Assembly: GCA_000004695.1 (NCBI GenBank) | Contig: CM000152.2 | Span: forward strand, 1,760,001-1,824,000 | Length of the DNA: 64,000 nt | Source of the DNA: Dictyostelium discoideum | Lineage: Eukaryota | Direction of reading: 5' to 3' | In this document: positions 22,009 through 37,886 of the stretch, one piece after another | Numbering within the stretch: the first letter of the stretch is position 1 | Layout: every line of letters starts with the position of its first letter | Notes under the pieces: generated by a model | What the model was told of the DNA's origin: nothing | The model's database searches: none | The model's input: the letters and a program-made list of their open reading frames with translations, nothing else | Made by a program: the position numbers and the translations under genes

Positions 22009-22701
22009 TAATAACAAGAAGTAAAAATAATATAATAATAGAAACAATAAGAGTAATAAATACTCTTAATAAAATATATCAGTTTCATTATTGAGTAAAA
22101 TAAAGAATTATGTAATTATTGATAATTAAGGAAAACTTCAATTACCAAATTCACAAAAAGTGAAAATAAAATATTAATTCAGTTTCAAATATATATAAAT
22201 AAAATATGGATGAAAAAATAAAACAAAAAAAAATAAAAAAAATAAAAATAAAATAATTTAAACTCAAATAAAATTAAACAGTTAACCCAAACCACACACT
22301 AATTTTTTATTTTTTTTCCTAATTTCAAATTTTTTTTTTATTTTTTTATTTTTTATTTTATTTTTTTTTTTTTTTTTTAAATTTTTTTTTTTTTTTTTTT
22401 TTTTTTAAAAATTTCACAATTTTTTTTAATATAAAAATTGAAAAATTTATTTTTCTTTTCATTTCTTTTTATTGCGAACAAAAGGTTAGTTCGAATTAAA
22501 ATATACATTTTTGTTTGAATCAGCATTTTGTTTTTGTTTAAATTAAAAATAAATTACATTGTTGTAAACGATCGGAGACACGAACAACAATGCAATTTAA
22601 GGATGATAGATCGATAAATAAAAAAAATAAATAAAAAAAATAAATAAAAATAAAAAAAAAGAAAAACAAATAATTTTAATATGCGTATAAAATTTTATGT
22701 G

Positions 22702-22742
<41 letters not shown>

Positions 22743-23620
22743 ATAAAAATAATAGAAAATAAAATAAAAATATAAATAAAAAAAATAAATAATTAGAATA
22801 GAATAAAATTGATACACCTATTAGTTTTCTTTTTTTTTTTTTATTCTAAAATTTTTTTTTTCCCTCTTCATTTGAATCTTTTTTTTTTTTTTTTGTTATT
22901 ATTTATTATTATTATTATTATTTATTTATTTATTTTTATTTTAATGTTGTGTAAGTGCAATATCACCTCCATAAAACTTTATTAACCTTTAAAATTTTTT
23001 TTTTTTTATTATTATTATTTTTTTATTTTTTTTATTTTACTACTATAATAAATTCAGGTTTATTAAATTTTTTTTGAATCTGATCAGTAGCAAACAATAT
23101 ACCATATTGTCAAATTGTTCAATATTTTGAAATATAAAAGCAAAAATATTCTTCAATTTACAATTCAATTAGGAATCAAAAAAAAACAAACGAAAACGAA
23201 TAATAATAATTAATAGTAGTAATAATAATAACAATAATAACTAAATCATATAATCCAAAAAAAGAGAGTTAACAGTTCTCATTTTTCTTTGTTCGATCAC
23301 TTTATATTTTATAACATTATAGTTCAACTTTTATTTGTATAACAAAAAAAAGAACATCAAAAAAAAAAAAACATAAAAAAAAAAAAAAAAAAAATCAAAA
23401 AATCAAAAAAAAAAAAAAAATCAAAAAAAACTAAAAAAAAATAATTATTTCTTTTTTTTTTTCAAAACTTATAAATAGTATTTATTCATTCATTTGTTAA
23501 TATTTTATTATTTTCACACTCACTTTTAAATTTTTTTTTTTTTTTTTTTTTTGGAAATAACAGTAAAATTAAATAAAATCACAAAAAAAAAAAAATAAAA
23601 AAGAAATAAAAAAAAACAAA

Positions 23621-23758
23621 TCACTCACATATACATACACACAATTAATAACACACACACACACATACACAAACACACACCACACATACACAAACACACA
23701 CAAACACACACACACACACACACACATACACAAAAATACACAACAACCACACATAAAA
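23621..23758 (+). promoter_or_regulatory. CA-rich (ACACAC / CAAACACACA) tract in the rpb1 5' leader/promoter, ending 20 nt before the ATG
   Basis: About 140 nt almost devoid of G/T on the top strand: tcactcacatatacatacacacaattaataacacacacacacacatacacaaacacacacc... C/A-rich elements are known cis-regulatory motifs in Dictyostelium promoters; whether this is leader or promoter cannot be told from sequence alone. Confidence 0.3.
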
Positions 23759-23777
23759 TACATATATAATTTTAAAA

Positions 23778-26700
23778 ATGGCAGCTTTTTTTCCACCATC
23801 ATCAGCAGAACTAAGAAAAGTTAAAAGAGTTCAATTTGGTATTCTTAGTCCAGATGAAATTAGAAATATGTCAGTTGCTCGTGTTGAACATCCAGAAACC
23901 TATGAAAATGGTAAACCAAAAGCTGGTGGTTTATTAGATCCAGCAATGGGTACCATTGATAAAACACAAAGATGTCAAACATGTTCAGGTACAATGGCAG
24001 AATGTCCAGGTCATTTTGGTCATATAGAATTAGCAAAACCAGTATTTCATATTGGTTTCATTGATACAGTATTAAAAATTTTAAGATGTGTTTGTTATCA
24101 TTGTTCAAAATTATTAACGGATACAGTAAGTTTATTTATATATATATTTAAAAATATATATATTATATATATTTTATATTAATTTTTTTTTTTTTTTGTT
24201 TTTAATTTTTTAATTTTTTTTTTTAAAAAAAAAAAAAAAGAATGAACACTCATTTAGACAAGCATTAAAAATTAGAAATCAAAAACATAGATTAAATGCA
24301 GTAGTAGATTGTTGTAAAAACAAAAAAGTATGTGCAATTGGAGGAGAAGAAGAGGAAGAACATGATTTATCAAAAACCGATGAAGAATTGGATAAACCAG
24401 TTAAACATGGTGGATGTGGTAATGTTTTACCAAAGATAACAAAAGAAGATTTAAAGATTATAGTAGAGTTTAAAGATGTAACCGATGAAAGTATTGAAAA
24501 GAAATCGGTACTATCGGCAGAACGTGTTTTAAATATTTTAAAGAGAATTAAAGATGAAGATTCGCGTGCAATGGGTATTAACCCAGATTGGGCAAGAGCA
24601 GATTGGATGATTGCAACAGTATTACCAGTACCACCACCACCAGTTAGACCATCGATTATGATGGATACCTCAACGAGGGGTGAGGATGATTTAACACATA
24701 AATTAGCCGATATTGTAAAGGCAAATAGAGAATTACAACGTCAAGAAAAGAATGGTGCACCAGCACATATCATTGCAGAGGCAACTCAATTCTTACAATT
24801 CCACGTTGCAACCTATGTAGACAATGAAATACCCGGTTTACCACAAGCTCAACAACGTTCAGGTAGACCATTGAAATCGATTCGTCAACGTTTAAAAGGT
24901 AAAGAAGGTAGAATCAGAGGTAATCTTATGGGTAAACGTGTTGATTTCTCTGCTCGTACAGTCATTACTGCCGATCCAAATCTTTCGATCGATCAAGTTG
25001 GTGTACCACGTTCAATTGCGCTCAATCTCACCTATCCAGAGACAGTAACACCTTTCAATATCGATAAAATGAGAGAGTTAATTAGAAATGGTCCATCCGA
25101 GCATCCAGGTGCAAAATATATCATTCGTGAGGATGGTACACGTTTCGATTTACGTTTTGTCAAAAAAGTTAGTGATACCCATTTAGAGTGTGGCTATAAA
25201 GTTGAAAGACATATCAACGATGGTGATGTGGTTATTTTCAATCGTCAACCATCACTTCATAAAATGTCTATGATGGGTCATCGTATTAAAGTTATGCCAT
25301 ACAGTACTTTTCGTTTGAATCTTTCTGTAACCTCTCCATACAATGCAGATTTCGATGGTGATGAAATGAATCTTCATGTACCACAAACTTTGGAAACCCG
25401 TGCTGAAGTCATTGAAATTATGATGGTACCACGTCAAATCGTTTCACCACAATCAAATCGTCCTGTAATGGGTATTGTACAAGATACTCTATTGGGTAGT
25501 CGTCTCTTTACAAAACGTGATTGCTTTATGGAAAAAGATTTAGTAATGAACATATTAATGTGGTTACCATCTTGGGATGGTAAAGTACCACCACCAGCAA
25601 TCTTAAAACCAAAACAACTTTGGACAGGTAAACAACTTTTCTCACTCATCATTCCCGATATAAATTTAATTCGTTTCACATCGACTCACAATGATAAAGA
25701 ACCAAATGAATGTTCGGCCGGTGATACTCGTGTCATCATTGAAAGAGGTGAACTATTGGCAGGTATTCTTTGTAAACGTTCATTAGGTGCAGCAAATGGT
25801 TCAATCATTCATGTGGTCATGAATGAACATGGTCATGATACTTGTCGTCTTTTCATTGATCAAACTCAAACCGTTGTCAATCATTGGTTAATTAATCGTG
25901 GTTTCACTATGGGTATTGGTGATACCATTGCAGATTCTGCAACAATGGCAAAGGTTACTCTTACCATTTCCTCTGCAAAGAATCAAGTAAAAGAATTGAT
26001 TATCAAAGCTCAAAATAAACAATTTGAATGTCAACCAGGTAAATCTGTAATTGAAACTTTTGAACAAAAAGTAAATCAAGTATTAAATAAGGCTCGTGAT
26101 ACCGCTGGTAGTAGTGCACAAGATTCCCTCTCTGAGGATAACAATTTAAAGGCGATGGTAACTGCAGGTTCAAAAGGTTCTTTCATCAATATCTCACAGA
26201 TGATGGCTTGTGTAGGTCAACAAAATGTCGAAGGTAAACGTATTCCATTTGGTTTCCAAAGTAGAACATTACCACATTTCACCAAGGATGATTATGGTCC
26301 AGAGAGTCGTGGTTTCGTAGAGAATTCATATCTTCGTGGTTTAACTCCTCAAGAATTCTTTTTCCATGCTATGGGTGGTAGAGAAGGTTTAATTGATACT
26401 GCCGTAAAAACATCTGAAACCGGTTATATTCAACGTCGTCTTGTAAAAGCAATGGAGGATGTCTCAATTAAATATGATGCCACAGTTAGAAATTCATTGG
26501 GTGATGTTATTCAATTTGCCTATGGTGAAGATGGTATAGATGGTTGTTTTGTTGAGAATCAATCCATTGATTCCCTTAGAAAAGATAATACCGAATTGGA
26601 ACGTATGTATCGTCATCAAGTTGATAAACCAGACTATGGTGATGGTTGGATGGATCCATTGGTAATTGAACATGTTAGAAACGATTCATTAACTCGTGAT

Positions 26701-29076
26701 ACATTGGAGAAAGAATTTGAACGTATTAAATCGGATCGTTCATTATTAAGAAATGAAATTATACCATCTGGTGAGGCAAATTGGCCATTACCAGTGAATT
26801 TACGTCGTTTAATTAATAATGCACAAAAACTTTTCAATATTGATATTCGTAGAGTTAGTGATTTAAATCCGGCAGTTGTTGTTTTAGAAATTGAAAAATT
26901 GGTAGCACGTTTAAAGATTATTGCAACCGCTGATACAACCGAAGATGATGAAAACTTTAATCGTGCTTGGGCTGAAGTTTACTTTAATGCCACAATGTTA
27001 TTCTCGATTTTAGTACGTTCAACATTTGCAAGTAAACGTGTTTTAACCGAATTTAGATTAACAGAGAAAGCATTCCTTTGGGTTTGTGGTGAAATCGAAA
27101 GTAAATTCCTTCAAGCATTGGCCCATCCAGGTGAAATGGTAGGTGCATTGGCAGCACAATCAATTGGTGAACCAGCAACACAAATGACACTTAATACTTT
27201 CCATTATGCTGGTGTAAGTAGTAAGAATGTAACATTGGGTGTACCACGTCTAAAGGAAATCATTAACATTGCCAAACAAGTGAAAACACCATCCCTCACC
27301 ATCTATTTGAAACCACATATGGCTCGTGATATGGATCGTGCAAAGATTGTAAAATCACAACTCGAATATACTACACTTGCAAATGTAACCTCTGCAACCG
27401 AAATCTACTATGATCCTGATCCACAAAATACCATCATCAGTGAAGATGCTGAATTTGTAAATAGTTATTTCGAACTTCCAGATGAAGAGATCGATGTTCA
27501 TAGTATGTCACCTTGGTTACTTCGTATCGAATTGGATAGAGGTATGGTTACCGATAAAAAGTTAACAATGGCCGATATCACTCAATGTGTCGTTAGAGAT
27601 TTTGGTCTAAGTTTAAATTGTATTTTTAGTGATGATAATGCCGAGAAACTCATTCTTCGTATTCGTATGGTAGAGAGTCAAGAAACAAAAGGTACCGACA
27701 ATGATGATGATGATCAATTCCTTCGTCGTATCGAATCAAATATGCTCAGTGAAATGGTTTTACGTGGTATCAAAGGTATAAAGAAAGTGTTTATGAGAAC
27801 CGATGATAAGATTCCAAAGGTCACTGAAAATGGTGGTTTTGGTGTTCGTGAAGAATGGATTCTCGATACTGATGGTGTTTCCCTCTTAGAGGTAATGAGC
27901 CATCCAGACGTTGATCATACTCGTACCACCTCTAATGATATCGTTGAAATCATTCAGGTTTTAGGTATTGAGGCCGTAAGAAATGCTCTCCTCAAAGAAC
28001 TTCGTGCCGTTATTTCCTTTGATGGTTCCTATGTAAATTATCGTCATTTGGCAATTTTAGCCGATGTTATGACTTATCGTGGTCATCTTATGGCCATCAC
28101 TCGTCATGGTATCAATAGAGTTGAAACTGGTCCACTCATGAGATGTTCTTTCGAAGAAACTGTCGAAATTCTTATGGATGCCGCCATGTTCTCTGAAACT
28201 GATGATGTCAAAGGTGTAACTGAAAATATTATTTTAGGTCAACTCCCACCATTGGGTACTGGTAGTTTCGAAGTTTTCCTCAATCAAGATATGATCAAAA
28301 ATGCTCATTCCATCGCTTTACCAGAACCTTCCAATGTTTCTTATCCAGATACTCCAGGTAGTCAAACACCTTCCTATTCCTATGGTGATGGTAGTACAAC
28401 TCCTTTCCATAATCCTTATGATGCTCCATTGTCACCATTCAATGAAACTTTCCGTGGTGATTTCTCACCTTCTGCTATGAATTCACCAGGTTATAATGCA
28501 AATAAATCCTATGGTAGTAGTTATCAATACTTCCCACAATCACCAACTTATTCTCCAACTTCACCATCCTATTCTCCAACTTCACCATCTTATTCACCAA
28601 CTTCTCCATCTTATTCACCAACTTCACCATCTTATTCACCAACTTCTCCATCTTATTCACCAACCTCACCATCTTATTCTCCAACTTCACCATTTTATTC
28701 TCCAACTTCACCTTCCTACTCACCAACTTCACCATCATACTCCCCAACCTCACCATCATATTCACCAACCTCACCATCTTACTCACCAACCTCACCCTCC
28801 TATTCACCAACTTCACCATCATATTCACCAACTTCACCATCATATTCACCAACTTCACCATCATACTCTCCAACTTCACCATCATATTCACCAACCTCTC
28901 CTTCATACTCACCAACCTCACCATCTTATTCACCAACCTCACCATCATATTCACCATCATCCCCATCTTATTCACCAAGTTCGCCATCATATTCACCAAG
29001 TTCACCATCATACTCACCATCATCACCAACCTTTACAAACAAATATAACTATCAACCAAATAATAAAAAGAAATAG
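23778..29076 (+). CDS. rpb1: DNA-directed RNA polymerase II largest subunit (RPB1) with C-terminal heptad-repeat domain; exons join(23778..24125,24241..29076), 1727 aa
   Basis: Exon 1 [94 protein letters not shown]... is the clamp core with zinc ligands. Donor GTAAGT at 24126; acceptor (A)nAG at 24239-24240. Exon 2 contains all conserved RPB1 regions ([10 protein letters not shown] catalytic loop, bridge helix, trigger loop) and ends with tandem YSPTSPS heptads. Confidence 0.95.
28540..29030 (+). repeat. RPB1 CTD array: ~23 tandem 21-nt units encoding YSPTSPS, followed by degenerate YSPSSPS units
   Basis: Direct reading of tattctccaacttcaccatct... units. One unit reads FSPTSPS (F for Y) and the last four units carry S at position 4. 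Alternative-frame ORFs 28475..29029(-) and 28496..29107(+) are artefacts of the array. Confidence 0.9.
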
Positions 29077-29208
29077 ATCAACATTAAGATACCATTTCCT
29101 ATTTTAAATATTTAATTTGTATATAAATAAATTTAAACTTAACAAATTAACAAAATATAAAAAAAAAAATAAACAAAAAAAAAAAAAAAAATAATAAATT
29201 TATTTATA

Positions 29209-29242
<34 letters not shown>

Positions 29243-30125
29243 CTTTTTTGGCTTAATTATTTTAAAATAATATTTTTCAAGATTTAAATTGTTTTAATAA
29301 ATTTTAAATCAAAAATAAATCTAATTATTGATTCCTAAAATAGTCTTATTATACCAATTTATTTAAACTTCAAATATGTTATTATTTTTATAATTTTACT
29401 AAAAAAAATAATAATAATAATCTATTAAAAATTAGAATTTTTTATTTGAAGTCTAAATTTAAAATTAATAATAAAAGTTCATAAATAACTATTAAATATT
29501 ATTTATTTCCTTTATTTCCAATCAATTTTATAAAAAAAAAAAAATTAGAGTTCTCTTCGATTATTATTATTTTTTAAATAATAATCTCCCAACTAATTAG
29601 AAAGAGTATCTCTAATTTAATTTTTAAATTTTCTTTTTATGACCATTGATGTGTTAAAACATTTTTTTTAGTAAAAACTCATCTATTATTTTCTTTTTTT
29701 TTTTTGAGTATATTGATAGCTTCCAACACTTTTTAATATTATATATTTTCATTGCCATATATTTTAAATAAAATATATGTTTTAAACAATTTTTTTCTCT
29801 TTTTTATTATTAATATTTTTTTTTTTTGGCAATAAAATCAATTTTGTATTTTAAAATAAACTGCCATTACAATATCAACATCATCATCATCATCATAATC
29901 TTCATCATCATTTCTTTTTTATTTATTTTGTATATATAATAAAAGTTGCGCAAATAACAAAATAAAAATAAAATTAAAAAAAAAAATAAAATAAATATTT
30001 CTTTTTTTTCCTTGTTTTTAATTTTTTTGGAAAAAAAAAAAAAAAAAAAAATTTTTAATTTTTTAAAAAATGAAATTACATGCAATTAAATACAAACACA
30101 AATAATTAGCACACATTAAAAATAA

Positions 30126-30711
30126 ATGAATTTAATAAAAGTAAATGAAATTAAACCATACTCAAAGAATATAAATTGTGTTTTCATAGTATTGGATAAA
30201 GGACCACCAACAAAGAAAAAAGAAGGAACAATATATCAAGTTTTAGTTGCAGATTCTACAGCGTCTATTAATATGACCGTTTGGGATGCATTAGGAGAAC
30301 AAATTCAACCTGGTGATATTTTAAGATTAAAAGGTGGTTATTCAAATATTTACATAGAGTTGTTAAATCTTTATGTTGGTAAAACTGGTATAATTGAAAA
30401 GATTGGAGAGTATGTAATAAATTTTTATTTTTTTTCTTTTTTATATATTAATTATTTTCTTTCTAACAATTAACCTAATACATATATGTATATATTTTGT
30501 ATATATAAAGATTTACATTTCCATTTGTTGAAGCACCAAATTTAAGTTCAACACTTTGGAATGTTCATCAAGATCCAAATAATCCTAAAAATATGGTTGC
30601 AACACCAAAACCTTCACCCCATAAACAACAACAACCAATGCAACAGCCCACTCCACCTATGACTCATCAAATGAAACAACCACCAATGCAACAAATGAAA
30701 CAATTACCTTT

Positions 30712-30776
<65 letters not shown>

Positions 30777-30778
30777 AA
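30126..30778 (+). CDS. SOSS complex subunit B / hSSB1 (NABP)-like OB-fold ssDNA-binding protein with C-terminal polyQ; exons join(30126..30409,30511..30778), ~183 aa
   Basis: [95 protein letters not shown] aligns residue by residue with human SSB1 ([95 protein letters not shown]). Donor GA | GTATGT at 30410; acceptor TATATAAAG at 30509-30510. Exon 2 ([13 protein letters not shown]... then (CAA)n polyQ) is in phase with ORF 30593..30778. Confidence 0.75.
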
Positions 30779-31009
30779 TTATAATAGTAATAATTTATTA
30801 AAAAAATAAATCTCCCCAACACCAATTGTACATAGTAATATAATAATTTTAATATTTATTTGATTTTTTTTTTTTTTTTAAAAAAATATATACACAGAAC
30901 AAAGGAGTTCTTTTTTTTTTTGTTTTTTTTTTTGTTTTTCTAAAAATAAATAAGATAGAATATTATTAGAAATAGATTTAAAGCTTGATTTTTTTTTTTT
31001 TTTTTTTTT

Positions 31010-31392
31010 TTACATCCCAATTGAATCGTTTACTAAGGTTGTTAAATTTGAAACAGTGTTATATAAAGCACCACCAACATATAAACCAGCACCAATTGGT
31101 CTAGTACCAACAGTTTTACCTTTATTTCCACTTGTTAGAGTATCATAAAATTTATCAGCATAAAGGTAAGTTTCAGAGCTAATTGGTAAATAAACTAATA
31201 TATATCGTTCGCTATCAACTCCTGGGTCAACCATTTGTAACTCTACACTCTTTACATTATATTTTTGTTGTACAAATTCTGTACATTTCTTTTGTTCACT
31301 CTCTAGAATATATGGTTTAACTTTCTATAAAATATAAATAATAAAAAAAAAAAACAATAATAACAATATAAATAATAATAATAATTAATTAA

Positions 31393-31481
<89 letters not shown>

Positions 31482-33012
31482 TCCCAAATTTCTTGTTTTG
31501 AAATATCAATTGTTAAAACTTTTTCAGATAAAATCATTTCACCAGAATAAGTTGATAATTCATCGGTTGAAGGTAATAAATGAGTTGATCTATTTGAATA
31601 AGTATTTTTTCTAATTAATTTATCTACTAAATTGGGATCAAAAGAATTTGAAGCACAAAATATGATTTCATCATGATTAGTAGTTATTCTTTGATTATTG
31701 ATTGTCTCTGTGACATCATTGATTGTAAAAGTTGCACTAAATGAAGTGGATGTAGTCAAAGTGAAAACATAAACTGGAAAATAGAATCTATTTGGTTTAC
31801 TCCATTTAATATCCTTAAAATTGGCTGGTAAAAACCATCTACCTTCTAACCATTTCCTTGCTTCATTACTACACATCTCTAATGATTGATAAAATTGAAT
31901 ATAATATTGTTGACAATTTGTTGAAGTCTAAATATGTAATTAATAAATAAATAATAAATAATAAATAAAAAAATTAATAATTTAATAATTTAATAAATTA
32001 AGAATTAATAAATTAAAAATAAATAAATAAGAAAATGAAAATAATACTCTTACATTTTCTTCCTTAATTTCAAAAAAATCATCAAATTCACTTGGATCTT
32101 CATCAAAATCTGATATTTTTTTATTTGATTTAGATTTATTTCTAGTATTAATCAAACTATTACTACCACCACCACCACTACTACTACTATTTTGTAGTTT
32201 TGAAGGTTGTTTTTGTATAACTGGTGATGAAATTTCTAACTCTTCAAAACTATTAATATTATTATTATTATTATTATAATTAGTATTATTACCATTGAAA
32301 TTTGTATTACTGTTTAAATTTGTCTTTTTTTGAATATTAGAATTACTATTATTATTATTATTAATATCATTATTATTATTATTATTATTATTGTTGTTGC
32401 TGTTAATGTTGTTATTACCAATATTGGTTTGATTTTTTAAAGCTTGTGGTGTTGCTGGCAAAGGTTTTGATTTTGTACCACTATAATTATCAGCCACTGG
32501 AATATTATTAGTATTCTTTTTAAATGAAATACCACCACCACTAGCACTATTGTTAATAATATTGTTATTATATAAAGAATTACTTCCATATGTTGGTTGA
32601 ATATAACTATTATCACCATATGTATTATAGTTTATAGAGTTTTCATAGTCATCGGAATATAGATTCTTATTATTTTTACCATTACCTGAAGATATTGATG
32701 TGGTAGTTGTTGTTGTTGTAGTTAGGAATGAAGTTGGTGAAATTGATGATGATGGTGGTGGTGGTGGTAGTAGTGGTGATTCTCTACTATTAATATTCTT
32801 GTTATTGATATTATTATTTGTTTTTATTTTTTGTGTTGTTGTTGTTGTTGTTGTTGTTGTTGGATTGAATGATTGGTTAATATACTCTTCACTATCAATA
32901 TTTGGATAATTTATTGGTTGTTGACTGATTTGTGACGATCTATTGCTTTTAGATTTAGATATAATTGGAACATACTCGTCATTGTCAATTTGGAAGTTAT
33001 TATTATTATTAA

Positions 33013-33082
<70 letters not shown>

Positions 33083-33454
33083 ACTATAATTATTATTACT
33101 ATTGTTTATATTATTATTATTATTATTGGTTGACTTTGATACTTGATATGGTGGAACAATTTTATTTGATTTTTCACTTCTTTCTTCGATTTGGTCTTGA
33201 AGATCATTTTTTCCTATCATTTTTTTATTACCATTACCACTATTATTATTATTATTATTTATATTATTATTTATATTATTATTATTTATATTATTATTTA
33301 TATTATTATTTATATTACTATTATTATTATTGCTGTTATTGTTATTATTATTATTACTACTACTACTATTGTTATTACTTTTATTACCACTATTTAATGA
33401 GCTTTTCATTTGTGAGTAAATATTTTGAATCGGGGTGAATAAATTTTTAGGCAT
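31010..33454 (-). CDS. Asn/Ser-rich low-complexity protein with conserved C-terminal ~250-aa domain; exons join(33454..32054,31927..31478,31324..31010), ~720 aa
   Basis: The 490-aa ORF ends ...FFEIKEEN at a GTAAGA donor (32053). Acceptor ATATTTAG (31928-31929) opens TSTNCQQYYIQFYQSLEMCSNEARKWLEGRWFLPANFKDIKWSKPNRFYFPVYVF.... The second intron is tentative (donor AGG | GTTTGT at 31477, acceptor TTTTATAG at 31325) and carries the (AAATAAAT)n array at 31385..31470. The last exon is KVKPYILESEQKK...RYILVYLPISSETYLYADKFYDTLTSGNKGKTVGTRPIGAGLYVGG...*. The C-terminal fold could not be recognised. Confidence 0.45.
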
Positions 33455-33839
33455 GTAAAAAAAAAAAAATAAAAAATAAAAAAAAAAATAAAAATAAAAT
33501 AAATTAAATTAAAATTAATTAAAGTGGAGGTAAAAGTTGTAAAAACACAAGAAAATAAAAATAAAAATAAAAAAATAAATTAAAATTAAAAATAAATTTC
33601 TATGGAAAAACAACAAAAAAAAAAAAAAGTAATGAAAAAATAAAAGTATAGAAATTTACAGACAAACAATAATATAAAAAAAAAATAAAAAAAAATAAAA
33701 AAATAATTAAATATTGAGATTTTTGTTAAAAAATAAATAAAAAAAAAAAAAATAAAAAAAAATAAAAAAAAATAAAAATAAAAATAAATAAAAATAAAAA
33801 TAGAAGTGGTTTTGATTTATATGAAAGATTCACAAATAA

Positions 33840-33880
<41 letters not shown>

Positions 33881-34405
33881 TAAATCATTTAAATGATAAA
33901 AAAAAATAATTAGAATTAATAAAAAATTTTTTAATCATTTAATAAAAAAAAAATAAAAAAAAAAAGAAGTTATTTCTGAAAACATTTGAAACATAAATCT
34001 ATAATATCGAGTTTTATTGCTTAATTGAAAAAAATCATTATTATTTATTTTTTTTTCTTTATTTTTTTATTTTAATTTTTTTTTTTTTTTATTTGTTTTA
34101 GGAAAAGAGAAAATAAAAATAAAAATAAAAATAAAAAAATAAAATGAAATAAAACAAAAAAAAAAAAAAAAAATTAAAAAAAAAATTTTTTTGTGATGGT
34201 GTTTCGTTTTTTAGAATATTTTTTTTTTTTTTAATTTTTTTTATTTTTTTTTATTTTTTAATTTTTATTTTTTTGATGATTTTGTCATATTACATTCACA
34301 CAAAAATAATAAAAACACAATTCCATAATTTGTAGATCATTAAACAAAAAAATCAAAAAAAAAAAATCAATAAAACTCATATATATACCACATTAATAAA
34401 ATAGA

Positions 34406-35711
<1,306 letters not shown>

Positions 35712-35742
35712 ATTGATTAAATTTAAATTAAATAAAAAGAAA

Positions 35743-35783
<41 letters not shown>

Positions 35784-36020
35784 ATACAAATTGATTTTAT
35801 TTATTTATTCATTTATTTATTTAAATTCAATTTCAAAAGTCTTTTCTTAAAAATTAAATTTAATTTTATTTTAGTAACATTATTCAATTTTTCAATCAAA
35901 TAATAAATAATTATTTAAATAAAAAAAATTATAAATAATAATTATGTAATTTTAAAAAATAAAAATAAAGGATATATATATATATATTTTTTTTTTTTTT
36001 AAAAATGTTTATTAATTTAT

Positions 36021-36873
36021 TTATTTATTACAAACATTTATATATTTTTCTGCAGACCCAGTACAGTCACCCCAAATATCGGTGTAAATCAAATCTTTAT
36101 AAACTAAGCAATTGAATTTATCAGATTGAGTAATTTCAAGCATTGTTGTATTACAATTTAATGAATATGAACTTGATAAACCATTAGCAAAACATTGATT
36201 TAATGGTGTGAATTTTATATAATCAAAATTTTGTTTCCAGCCATTGTTATTGCAATCACCATGGTATTGAATTTCAACATAGGTATCTTTTGGAATTTCA
36301 ATATCATCCATTTCAATAACTGTATACATATATGGACTTGATAAACAATCATTAACACATTCATATGGTTTAAACCATTGAATTATTCCTTCTCTATATT
36401 TTATTTGAAAAAAAGTTTAGGTTAATATAATTTTTTTTTTTTTTTTATTTTTTTTTTTTATTTTTTTTTATTTTAATTAAAATCAATTAATACTCTCCAC
36501 ATTGAGCAGCAGAAGTTTTTTTAATTGTTCCATTATCAAAGTCAATTGAATAGGTTTCTCCAGTTGAAACAATACATGTATCTAAACGAATATAAGTTTC
36601 TGTTACCAATTCACCATTATCACATAAACTTTCAAATGAACTTTCAGAACCTGGTAAAACACCACCACCATCAACACTTCCTAATCTTTTATTTTCTTCT
36701 AATAAACTAAAACTACCACTACCTGTCAAACTACCTTGTGAGTCACTACTGCTATGTGGTTTGTTGCACCCAACAACATCATATTGGAAAGTCTTTAGTG
36801 AAAGTAAACTTTCACTATAAACAATGTTTACAAATAAAAAAATTAATGCAATTAATGAAAATAATAATTTCAT
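36021..36873 (-). CDS. secreted cysteine-rich protein (~249 aa, 16 Cys); exons join(36873..36494,36393..36021)
   Basis: Exon 1 MKLLFSLIALIFLFVNIVYS ESLLSLKTFQYDVVGCNKPH... is a signal peptide. Donor GA | GTATTA at 36493; acceptor AAAATATAG at 36394-36395. Exon 2 EGIIQWFKPYECVNDCLSSPYMYTVIEMDD...GDCTGSAEKYINVCNK*. Unspliced, the second ORF would lack a signal peptide despite being Cys-rich, which favours the joined model. Confidence 0.5.
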
Positions 36874-36952
36874 TTTATTTTTTCAGATATATATATATTT
36901 TTTTTTAGAAAAATAATAATTAAAAAAAAAAAAAAAAAATTTTATTATTATT

Positions 36953-37008
<56 letters not shown>

Positions 37009-37742
37009 ATGATTAAAATATCTTTTGATTTTTCTTCACCTATAAATTTTTTTTTTTAACCACAAAAATTTTAAGAAAACGTTAACCAAACATCATAATT
37101 TATTGGGTTTTGGGAAAGTGACAAGAATTGTATAAAAATAAAATATCAACTAAAATATTAAAATTAGAAAAGTCAACAGAAAATAAATATCTTTTAAATG
37201 ACGTAAGAAAATAAATTATACTAAAACTAAATAGAAAAAATAAAAAAATAAAAAATTGAGATAAAATTAAAATATTAAAATTGGAAATATCAATTGAAAA
37301 ATAAAAAAAAAAAAAAAAGAAAAAATCTCTTTAATATGACGTGCCAATATAAATTTTATTGAAAAAAAAAAAATATCTATTAGTTGACGTGCAAATATAA
37401 ATTTGGTTGAAATAAAAAAAAAAAAAGGAAAAGGAAAAAATGATCGCAATAACTTTTTTTTTTTTTTTTTTTTTTGTAATAAAATTCATACTTACTTATT
37501 CGATTTTTTAAATATAATTTGTAATTTTTATTTTGAAGAGAGAAATGAGTGGGGAATAAAAGAAAGAATTGATTCAATTTTTTTTTTTTTTAAGTTTTTT
37601 AAAATTATTTTTATTTTAATATTTAATTGTTTTTTTTTAAAAAAAGATAAATGGTGGCAGAATAAAAAATCTATATTTTTATATAAATATATTCCCTTAT
37701 CATTGTTTTATTTTTTTTATTTTTTATTTTTATTTTTATTTT

Positions 37743-37776
<34 letters not shown>

Positions 37777-37886
37777 CAACACGCGAAAAATTTTGAAAAT
37801 AATCCAACTATTATTAAATTTAAAAATAAATATATATATATATTTTTTTTTTTTATAATTGTGCATATACATTGATATAAATATAA

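Noticed and set aside
28475-29107. 184-aa minus-strand and 203-aa plus-strand ORFs overlapping the RPB1 3' end
   Set aside because: Alternative frames of the 21-nt CTD heptad array; the true frame is YSPTSPS.
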